DNA from: Phoronis australis
Taxonomy: Eukaryota > Animalia > Phoronida
Length of the DNA stretch: 64,000 nt
Direction: 5' to 3'
Assembly: GCA_002633005.1 (NCBI GenBank)
Contig: NMRA01000315.1
Span: 1-64,000 of the forward strand
Below are positions 40,801 through 51,215 of the stretch, in pieces. The translations under genes were made by a program, and so were the position numbers. A model generated the notes under the pieces. The model was not told the DNA's origin and ran no database searches. It was given only the letters and a program-made list of their open reading frames with translations. How positions within the stretch are numbered: the first letter of the stretch is position 1; each line of letters begins with the position of its first letter.

Positions 40801-43800
40801 ATATTTCCAAATTAGGATATACAACTTTGCTTTCATTAACTGCGATGCAGTCCCAAACTGTATTTGCTACATTGTAGAAATCCTGGCAGTAGCCGGATAT
40901 AACATGCCCAAATCTTGAGAACCAGTTTTATGCCTGTTATTCGGTGGAGAAAACTTGTTCTCGAAATTCGAGCCCCTTATATCTGACCAATACCAAAATT
41001 CCTACACAATGAGAGATTCAACAAGAAGTTCCAAATATTTTCCACTATGTCAGAACATGATAAACAACTTGTAAAAGTTAAACTGTTGAAAAATAGTATC
41101 AGGGCTTGGAATGCCCGATGACAAAAAACGCGGAAACTTTTACGGCCCAAAATGGCCATATCATGCGCGCTACCCAGCCTTGAAATGGTCGATGCGATGT
41201 GAACCTTTCACCGACAAAAATCGGGAGGACCAAAAAAAAAACGTTACCACCAACAGTAGCATTAGTCTGCGCCGTTTTAGCTCGTCCGTCCACTCCCAAC
41301 CCACACATTTTTGGCTGCAGAGCCGTAGTATTTGTCGCCGCGGTTTACAATAACACGAGACGCCATTGAAAATCCCACCACGCTATCCCAGATGCCCCGG
41401 CAATGTTGACAGTTTACGTTCCTCCGAAACATGAAGAGCAACTTCCGCTTTTCGAGGTGAACGTCGTCTGCAACGCCGCGGTAAGAAAGGAATTTGCCGG
41501 GGAAATTTTATATCAAATCCGATTTTTTACGCGGAAATATAATAAAATGCGCGGACAGAACATTTGAAAAAAGCGGAAATCCGCGTTTCCGCGGAAAATT
41601 CCAAGCCCTGTAGTATAGACGTAGAATATAATTTAGAAATCATGCCAGATGTCTTTTTGGACAACATCCTTGCAACTATTTATAAATGGGATCCACAAAA
41701 ATATTGACAACGTAAATTTTTCTTCTCTTATCAATACTTACAGAAAAAACTCTTCTATTTGGGACAAATATAATTGCTAAATTCACCTTATACTTTCTAT
41801 TTTTCAGAGACTTACCATATTGTTGCAAATGTTCAAAATTTTACCAAATGTTAATTGGTAATAGCTATGGCATACAAACCATGCTAAAAGCAAAGTAAAT
41901 TTACCTGAAGTTATTTTTGTTGAGAAGTTTGGCGAAATGAAATTTCACTGGTCCAACATATTGTATACCAAACTGAAGAACTTTAACTGTACTGCATTTA
42001 CGTAAGGTTTGTCACAGACAAGAAATGATAAAATTTTGTTAAACATAATACCGAAGGCATCAAGCCAGCCGCATAGTCTGGTGTGGTAGCTGCAGCCTCT
42101 TTCTCCTTCTTCTGTTGTTCTGCAGCATCAGCTTCTAAAGAGGAAGAAAAACAAGTAAATAATAAACATCGTCATAATAATAATCAATAGAAACTTCATT
42201 TCATGAGGATAAAATGCAAATCATGATAGTCCAGAGCTTGTTAAAAGTGTTGTCAAATGAACACTAGTTAAACACAGCAGGTGTGCTGATAAGACAACTA
42301 CTTAACCAGAGAATTATGTGTGCACATGCTTATACTGACAATTATGTATGTACACGCTAAACCTGACAATTATGTGTGCACATGCATATCCTGTGAATTA
42401 TGTGCACATGCTTACCCTGCTGTTTTCTCCTCCTTTTTGCTTCTTTGGCACCAAGAGGCATTTCAGTGATATCTAAAAACTAAAAATTCACGGCAAAGGT
42501 AAAATCAGGTTAACTTGTTATTAATGTGAAATGAGAGACTACATTAAATATGCAAAAGCTTGTCAGAACTACACAAATACAATTTCCACAGGAGAATACT
42601 TTCATGTTAAGCTGTCCTTTGAAACTTCAACAGCTACCGAAATGCAGCATAAAAGACTGACTCGTCTACAATTTAATGTCAAAAAAATTTCACCAGATCA
42701 AACTTCACAGAAACACAGTAACAGCAGAAGAAAAGCTACAATTAGAGTGATTAAAAGTTACAGAGAGCTTAACATTTATCAAACTTGGCCTCAATACCAA
42801 AACGGCTAGCGCAAACAACAGCTTATCAGACAATTTTTGTTAAGACCCTAATGAATGCAACACCATCTTTGAAAACCATTGTTTTGGTTCAGACTTTGGG
42901 ATGGAACCCTTTACTTTGTGTTTTTATACTTTAAGTTACCGTTCCTGAATACAATGAAATAACTCTGACCTAAACGGAGTTGATTGACTGCTTCATACAC
43001 ACTGCTGATAATTTAATGTGTTCAATTTTAAAGTTGGTGATTTTGGCTTGACCTAATTCACACTGTGCAGGTCTCTTACATGTAAAGATGACCTCTAAGT
43101 CAACAGTTACAAAAATGTTGATCAAATCAACACAGTGGAATCAACAGTCATACTTCTGCCACATAGCATCCCTAGGTTTCATGTTTGTGCACATAAATCT
43201 TCATTCACTCTCGCTCAGGTATCAGCCTGCCTCACAAACGGCATCCTGGCATTCCACAGGCAACATTCGTTTACAATGAACAAAATTCGTTTCCTACGAA
43301 GCTATATTCTTTCATGTACTTATAATTTCTTACAATACCCACAAAATAGTGACAAAAGAACAGTTTGTAGGGAAAAAATTATGTAGTATGGATTGAAATA
43401 CAGGCCATGAGATAAGACTGTCTGAGTGTTCATGACAAATAATACTCCATTGGTGAGAATACCAGTGGGGTTCAAACGGAAGGAGCTCCAGCTAATTTAA
43501 ATGTTTGAACAGCAGACATTCACTCACTTTTATTCCACCCTCCTTTCTACCAGGAGCTGCTCTCTGCATTGAACTGTTCATACGGCCCAACGACGGGTTT
43601 GGTGAACGCAGGAAGCCACTGCTACTACCAGACCTATTGAGGCTCCTAAAGGGGGCTACAATGAAATGATCAAATGAACTCTACAGTCAGAGAGTTACAA
43701 AATATGACGGGGCGTGAATCAAGCACGGGGACAGATCGAATGTGTGCATCATTGTTAGTACATATTTTTTTAAACTTCACTATTACAGAAAAAGACATGA

Positions 43801-46800
43801 GGTGAAAGGGGTGACCTAGAAGAGTGTTGTCACTCAGAGTTATTTGCTCAAAAAGTGTTTCACCAATGATGAGATTAAGCACCTTTATGCTAGAACAGGA
43901 TAAAGTAACTCAATTACTGTCGGCAACAAGTAGGGGGCATTTCAGTATTTGCACATGAACAGTTGCAATGCTTGTTTCCTCAGTTAATTTCGCACACCCG
44001 TCAGCTATCAAGTATAAAATCTGTATATTCAGTTTATTTAGCACACCCTGAATATTCAGAAATATTTCTAATTTGTTTTGTGCAAAATATGTGGACAATT
44101 ACCAAACTTGGGCTCTGGTACCCGTGGTAGATGAACATGCATCAACCGCGGGTACCAGAAATGGGTTACGTAGTTTCAAATTGTGACTGGCTTATACTTT
44201 TGTTTACAGCAACCTCTAATGCTCAATATATGAGACAAATTAATCTATAAATACGTTCAACAGTTATTTACAGAAAATGTGCAACTTAGAACATGGGAAC
44301 TTTTTAAACAAAATTTTTTAATACTTTATTTAGTCACTGATGAAAAAAGTAAATTGCCAGGGGAAAGTACTCATGAAATGTTCTACAGCTAATTGTCCAC
44401 TGACTTTATGTAGGCACATAAAAATGTATTTTGAAAATCATACTGCATTGTATCCTCAGACGTGAATGAAAATGCTGTCCACCCGCCAATGTATTGCTAT
44501 TGTTCTATCACGCCACCACTATATCAGAAAATGGATATGAACTTGGACCAGGGGGGCAGTACGTAACTTTGGAAAATGTCAAGGGCAACGAGATTATCAC
44601 AATTTTAGGAAAATCACAAAAACATGTTGGTTTTCCCTGAAAAAATCCTCAGACAGATATGTGCAATGGTCGCTAAGTCCAGAAAAGGGCTGAGATAATG
44701 TTACTTTTATGAAAAATGACAAATTCAAAACACGATGTTTTTCCCAGAAAGGACCCTCAGACAGACATGGCAATGGCCCCGCCAGTCAAGTCAAGTGCTG
44801 TGCAAATACAGCTGTGTAGCCTACTTACACGCATCGTCCATCTTTTTGGCAAAACTTCTCATTTTTACTGGAATACTGTTCATTGTCACTTTTCCTTTAT
44901 TACTGGCTGCTTCTTGAGCTGGAACATTGAACACACAAAATAAAAATCATACAACTCTAAATTAACACATCGGGATGTGTGATATATGAGTAAATTAAAA
45001 TACATTTTGTGCTTTGCATCCACAAGTAAAATTGAAAAATTACCAGAAATATTCAGCTTCTCAGATATCATGGCCAAAGCCTTCATCAGGGTGATGTCAG
45101 TGGCACCTGGTGGCAAGACACAACACTGATGAAGGCTTCAGCCATAATGTCTGAGAAGCCAAAAATTTCTGGTAATTTTTTCAACTTCTGGGTGGATACA
45201 AAGCATGAAATATTTTTACTCACATCGTACAACATTAACAAGTGGCTGAAAAAAATCCTTTTTATCAATAACCTTTAGTTTTTAGATTACAAATGCAATC
45301 ACCCAACATATTTGCAAACCTACTGAGGCGAGGCCAATGAAAACAGCTCTTCGATGATCGTATACAAATTACTGCTGCATTCCTAGATTAAAAGACTTGT
45401 TGGTGAGCATAAAGCAGGAGTTGAAATTTAAAAGCAGTGTTTCAATGCTTCTCTTTGAGCATAGTAAACACCAAAAGAATCTGGAACGGAATTCATCAAA
45501 ACAGCTGATACAAGTCAAGATGGGAAAATGTTATTCTGTCCCAATTATTTCTGCCATGTATTGTATTTGTTAAATGCCTTTGAAGTGAAATTTACAGGCT
45601 AATCACTTATGTCTGTGAATAATTGGTCAAAGGAGTTAGAAATACTGTACAACATTCAGCAATGGTGTGAATACAAAGTGACGGGTAAGTTGTCAAAAGT
45701 TTTAGGAACGGTATCATCAACATCTATTAATGGATTTTGGAGATACAGCAGTGGAAGTCGTCTGAGTTGCCAGCAATAACGGCACAAAATGCGCCCATGC
45801 ACACAAACCCGCACCCACACACACACACTCATATATATCCTTGCCAGTGACTGTAAGTGTGTGCGGGTGCTTGGATGCTATTGAACACTACACTGACTTC
45901 TGCCAATTCTACCTTCCTCAACATCCAATCACAAGTTTGGAATGGCACACAGGCTACCCCAAAGATTGCATTAACATAGTTTGGATCTTAATAATAGTAC
46001 AAATGCCCATCTAACCAATCTGCTTTCCTATAGGCAATTCACGACTTCAATACTCACACTTTTGTAACAACTCAGCCCTCAGTGCAGCTGACTTGGGTTT
46101 GCGCTTGAGAGCAAAATGTTTAATGGACGTCGGCTGATTGCCAGCAGTAGACTGCAAAGCCTTCAGGTTGAGATACAGACACTCCAGGGGTAACATGCGG
46201 GTATCTGTGGACTTCTTGACTGAAAGCAGGCCAGAAACAGACCTTCTCCACTTAAATTAAAGTACATGGGGCAATGAAATCTAGAACATGGGTCTGTTTC
46301 AGGAAAAAGTGACATAAGACTTAAAACAAAAATTTGGTGTTACGCTCCACTATTAATTTCTGGAAAATTAAAAGGGGACTGTAGTCAAAATAATGTTGCA
46401 GTTAATCGGTTCTAACATATAAATAAAACTCACATTTGCCTGAATTGCGTGCCAAACAAAAGCCAATTCGTATTCATGGTCAAAACACTAAATTCTGAAA
46501 GCGATCGCTGATTGGCTGATGTGTCAGTGACGTGAACGGCGGGGTATCGGCTGCTTTGCACATTCATTGCTTATGTCATATTTGAAGAGTTTACATCGTA
46601 ATTTATCATTGTATCAANCTCAGCAAACAAAAAAAAAACATGGGAACATATCCATAATTGTTTCTTATTGAAGACATTTGTGCAAATTACTTCCAGACAA
46701 TTACGTGATAATGATTACACGACTAAACCTTTATTTGGCAATCGTAAAGTAGGAGCATAAAACCACATTCTGTCTTGAGTCTTAAGTCCCTTTTCATTAA

Positions 46801-48980
46801 ACAGACACCTGTTCCTTGATGATACTAAGGTTAGACACTAGGATAATTTTTTGGTTACAGGAGTCAATCTCAACAGACATTGTGGTAATAATTACTTAAA
46901 GGGGTTCCGGATTTTGAGAACTAGTTTCCTCCACTGAATAACAGGCATCAAAAACTTAGCCCAAAAACAGCACGACACCATGTTTAGGTTAGTTTTGTGA
47001 CTTGTTGTAAATTGACTTGTATGTTACATTGAGGAGCACGCGCATCTGCACGGAAATAAAGTTATGTAAAGGCTCAATGTTAACTGTCAAAAACTTTCCG
47101 GCACTGTTTTCATGAATATAATGTACAATAAACAGGAACAAGACAACAAGGCAGTGACATAAACGTCCAGTGTGTGCATGCGTGTAGATTATGATAGCAT
47201 TACTTGGGAAGCAAAGGTGTGAATGACTGACAGAGTGAGAACTATCTCAAAAGTCATGTAGTTAGTTAAAGCCTTTTGAGGCTTAACCATTCTTAAAAAC
47301 AAACATTTACAAGCATTTGTGGTTCTAGTTTCAAGGCCTATAAATAATATTTTCAAAACCAAGGCTATACGTAATACCCATTAGCTTGTGCTAAATTTGA
47401 ACACTGACTGATTGCGTACATTCCACAATAACTCACTTAGTTCCCTGCCACCCGAGACTACTGCACTATTAACTTTTAAGTTAAAATGCTTGAACATCAA
47501 CAAAGTAGCTTATACAAACACACAAAATAAAGAGAACTCACCCATCTTCTTCAGATCAGAAAGAATGGACGCACATGTGAAACTGTTGTCCTCAATGTCT
47601 AGGTTAAGCGTGCCGGTGGATGGGAATGACCGCATGATTTCCGCTACCATTGAAACCCACTGGTCTGTGTCCTCAGCAGCCAGTTCTAAGATCTCGTCTA
47701 GTTCAACCTTCCACTGGAGAGGAGACAAAATCACTTATTATTGCAATTCAGCAACCGATTTATACAAAATGCAAAACCACTGTAAAATACATTCTGATGC
47801 TGAACAGAACCATCTAGCATGTCATACTTATTTTGACTTACTTTCTGCAAGTATAGGTACACCAGCTTATATTTCTTAGAGCCTACATTTTCAAGGTTTT
47901 TACGTGGGTCTCTCAATGAATAGCATCAACGAGTGTAAAACGATACAAGGCTTTATTAGAAACAGGACACACTTCCTTTCAGCACGTTCTTAAGAGTCTA
48001 AAAATATAAAACTAACATTACCTTTGGTACCATAAACCCTGTATGTGTTCAGTTAAAATGCAAAGCCCAGGCTTATACTAGTCCAACATGAGAATTAATC
48101 ATTTATTTATAAGTGAATGTAACTATGAATAATATGTTTTGAGTTTTTCTCAGTAGTGTACAAGATGTAAAAAGCAAATTAACACTACGTTCTAAATAAT
48201 GATATCCTATGACAAGCAAATTATTCATAAGAGAAGTACAACCAAGAACAGTGCGTAAATTTTCACTTGTTTGCCGCATTTTGTCCTGAATTGGTGACAT
48301 TTTACAGTATTCTAATATGACAAAAATTTATCATGGCTTCAGTGATTAAAACGGTTAATGATGTTTTGTCATCAATCAATCACTGCCAACACGGTTGACT
48401 CACAGTGTCCCGTATTGAGGGCCATTTTCTATCTACGCATGCATGCCATTGGTAGGATATAGTGGACGATGATTTAGGGAAACAGGCAATCACTGCATAA
48501 CTGGCACATTGGATGAAACTGGTTCTCTAAATCAGGGTCCACTATATCCGACCACTGACTGACACTGCCCATTTGTACCTCCTCAATATTTCGGCGAGCC
48601 AGATGTAGGAAAGACAACATTAGCTTGACCTTGACATGAGGTTGCAAAGCTCGAAAACAGATGAGGATACTTTGCAGCTTGTCATGGCTCAACTGTGAGC
48701 AGATGGATTTACCTGGAAACAAAAAGGTTTTGCGTAAGAAATGTACACAGACTATCGAAGACAAACGAAAAAGTTCGAGATGGTCACCAGTTATAAATGT
48801 GAAAAAAAACAAATAGGTCGATTCTACCACATCCAATGATTAGTGCTACGTATTAAAGGGTGTTATAAAAACACCCTGGAGCACAGAATTATTGTAACAA
48901 AACCCACCTGACCACAAATCATCGGTAGAACCGAGTTTGTTGTGGAGCCACAAAGCGGTGTCCCCATCCCTGGACGCCAT
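37858..48980 (-). CDS. NELFA: Negative elongation factor A (12 coding exons: 48980-48908, 48712-48579, 47713-47542, 46219-46058, 44918-44829, 43655-43528, 42479-42416, 42134-42052, 40383-40308, 39556-39348, 38744-38645, 38039-37858; about 490 aa)
   Basis: MASRDGDTALWLHNKLGSTDDLW, KVKLMLSFLH, MLPLECLYLN, KHFALKRKPKSAALRAELLQK, TPDYAAGL, KKGLSLTREQMLEAQDMFRNSNKVTRPEKALILGFMAGSRDNPCP, FQMNYTTGTW. All junctions are GT-AG and phase-consistent (1473 nt). A small extra exon in the low-complexity middle cannot be excluded. Confidence 0.95.
38831..39045. repeat. Foldback (MITE-like palindrome) in a NELFA intron
   Basis: atattgaaaag...cagtcaatgag...aactaatgatgtg mirrored by cacatcattagtt...ctcattgactg...cttttcaatat. 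Confidence 0.8.
41100..41610. mobile_element. Non-autonomous DNA transposon with 6-bp TSD TAGTAT (hAT6-like), containing a CATGCGCG-family end at 41162
   Basis: tagtat|cagggcttggaat ... attccaagccctg|tagtat, perfect 13-bp TIR. Confidence 0.85.
42312..42413. repeat. Degenerate minisatellite of about 28 bp (about 4 copies) abutting a NELFA donor site
   Basis: aattatgtgtgcacatgcttatactgac-like units. Confidence 0.75.
45010..45205. repeat. Foldback with two degenerate hammerhead-like cores (possible Penelope-like remnant)
   Basis: Imperfect inverted arms; CTGATGAAGGCTT...AAGCY-[GA]AA on both strands. Confidence 0.6.
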
Positions 48981-49293
48981 TGTGGATTTTTACGGAAGTG
49001 ACCTCTAGCGGTAAATTAATATCCTCAGATTTTTGATATATACGTTCATTAAACAAACCCAGTCTATGGTTTTGCTGAGAAACGGTTTAATGACGTATAG
49101 TGAACAATTATCGCTGTACAGAATATTCTATTTCATAGTTGGTACCATTTTTTTATAAAATGTCTTAAGTGCTTTCAACAGGGGGCGCCACAAAATTCTC
49201 GCTGGCTCCCTACCACCTAGCACGCAGGGAACCAGCGAGTGTGATACTTCCTGTGCTGTTTGGACTGGTCATGATTAAAGTTTGTGATTAATA
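48981..49293. promoter_or_regulatory. Bidirectional promoter region, NELFA versus PIGBOS1-like/GEMIN7
   Basis: 313 bp between divergent ATGs; ETS-like CGGAAGTG at 48993-49000; CTCF-like caacagggggcgcca near 49177-49191; hairpin at 49198-49239. Confidence 0.7.
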
Positions 49294-49551
49294 ATGCCAT
49301 TTATTCGCATTCCTGATGTGATAAGTAATATACCTAAATCGCAATATTTATTAGCCATTGTATTGGGTGTCGCAGGAGGGTATTATATCTACAAACCATA
49401 TTTTATGAAGGACGAAAAGGCAACGGCAACTTCGCGAACTGACGACGCCGACTTCAGTGCCAGTGGCAGTGCCCCGGTCACCACACTCACTACCACAGCA
49501 GGCACAGCACCGGGCAGTGTAGTTGACATACCGAAAACAACAAGTGCATGA
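49294..49551 (+). CDS. PIGBOS1: PIGBOS1-like single-TM microprotein with Thr/Ala-rich C-terminal extension (85 aa)
   Basis: SQYLLAIVLGVAGGYYIYKPYF aligns ungapped with human PIGBOS1 AQLLFATVLGIAGGVYIFQPVF as I recall it; start context ataATG has A at -3. Confidence 0.72.
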   Translation: MPFIRIPDVISNIPKSQYLLAIVLGVAGGYYIYKPYFMKDEKATATSRTDDADFSASGSAPVTTLTTTAGTAPGSVVDIPKTTSA

Positions 49552-50509
49552 TTAACCACAAAGTACCAGGGGTGTGTAGTACATTGTCATTAACGTAACC
49601 ATACGCACAAAATTCCGTTTATGAAAATGACCCACCATCCAAAGACATTCCACTTTTTAAGTCTTAAAAGACTAGATTAGGCCTACTGCTTTTTCATCAA
49701 GGTTATAGCCAGTAGCCATGGCCCAGTTCTGACGATGGTATGGTGTTTATTTAGGTGTACTCCAGTTTTACTGACCTTTAAAAGCTACTGCCCTGGAGTG
49801 ACTGGGTATTTGCTAAGTACTTGGTATGATTATATTCACTTGCAACACTGGGCTGCCACACACGTGCATTATGCCGTTATGGGCTATGTTAAGGTAGCTG
49901 GATTTATGATATCGTTTCTCATGAGGGGTACTCTGCTGTATAACTGATTCATTACCCTAGTTTGGTCATACTAGACTCATAGCACTCACATGTATTTTTA
50001 CCGACCGATAGTTATTGCAGAATCTGCACTAACTTTTGAGAGAAATCAAGCTGAAAACCACTCTGATAGATCTCATAAGTTCAAACTTACCTGTCAATAA
50101 ATGGTGTCCTCGACATGTTCGTTGATCCTTTACTCATGCCATTAAGTTAAATGTAATTATAATACCATTGCAGTTTACTTGGCCACATGCTAAAAATCAT
50201 CGTTGAAACAGACAGCCACATTTTCTTAAAGCCAAAGTCACATCTTATTTAAGACGCAAAAGTGAGGGAGATAATCGCAGTTCTGGCATCGGGTGATGTG
50301 CTTTATGTTTTCATGCTCAAATTTGCATGCTGTAATATTAGTGAACAATAACAGAATTTTGAATTAAAAATTCACTTGCATGCCAACAGTGATTTCTATT
50401 TGAAAGTGGAGAGGTGGGACAGAGCCATGGGTTCCACTATTTGCTTTTTGACGGTAGCGGTTGATTTAGTAAAGTGGAGTTATTCCGATTTTATATTTCA
50501 GATGCAAAC

Positions 50510-50803
50510 ATGGAGGAGAAAAAATCACATGAAAATAATACAACCCATCAGGAGCAAAGGACATTCCTGCGAGAACGCTACCTACGTGCCTTGAGTTCAT
50601 TGGTCGATAGGTCAGTCACTGTGACTATGTTTGATGACACTACCGTGCAAGGCGTGTATAAAGGATCTGATATCCACGGACAGCATTTGCTGATGGATCA
50701 GCTAGTGACACCTTTTGCTGTTTATCCAAACTCAATGTTAAGGACGTCGGACATTTTTAGTATGGAATTTAGAAATCCAAATAGTGAGACAGCGCAGATA
50801 TGA
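50510..50803 (+). CDS. GEMIN7: Gem-associated protein 7 (SMN complex, Sm-like fold; 97 aa)
   Basis: QRTFLRERYLRAL...QLVTPFAVYPNSMLRTSDIFSMEF matches the Gemin7 signature LRERYLR..L / L.TP.G....A.LR.SDI. Acceptor ttttatatttcag ends at 50501; strong start context aacATGG at 50510. Confidence 0.9.
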   Translation: MEEKKSHENNTTHQEQRTFLRERYLRALSSLVDRSVTVTMFDDTTVQGVYKGSDIHGQHLLMDQLVTPFAVYPNSMLRTSDIFSMEFRNPNSETAQI

Positions 50804-50896
50804 CGTGTGTGGTTAATAGTACTAATACATACAACAGTTACTGTACAACTGAAAATAATGAGTTCTTTGGTCATTGCTACCTTTACTTGACTTTGG

Positions 50897-51215
50897 GCCT
50901 GTACTGCAGTTGACGTGGCTGTAGGCCTGTACTGCAGTTGACTTGGTTGTAGGCCTGTACTGCAGTTGACTCGGCTGTAGGCTTGTACTGCAGTTGACTC
51001 GGCTGTAGGCTTGTACTGCAGTTGACTCGGCTGTAGGCCTGTACTGCAGTTGACTCAACTGTAGGCCTGTACTGCAGTTGACTAGCCTGTAGGCCTGTAC
51101 TGCAGTTGACTTGGCTGTAGGCCTGTACTGCAGTTGATTTGGCTGTAGGCCTGTACTGCAGTTGACTTGCCTGTAGGCCTGTACTGCAGTTGACTCGGCT
51201 GTAGGCCTGTACTGC
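50897..51215. repeat. 28-bp minisatellite, about 11.4 copies
   Basis: Unit gcctgtactgcagttgactcggctgtag with exact 28-bp period (50897, 50925 ... 51205). Confidence 0.97.

Noticed and set aside
47412-47879. 155-aa plus-strand ORF
   Set aside because: Antisense shadow of NELFA exon 3, with a TTG start
50897-51215. 28-bp repeats as a CRISPR array
   Set aside because: Units are contiguous with no unique spacers, there are no cas genes, and the context is eukaryotic
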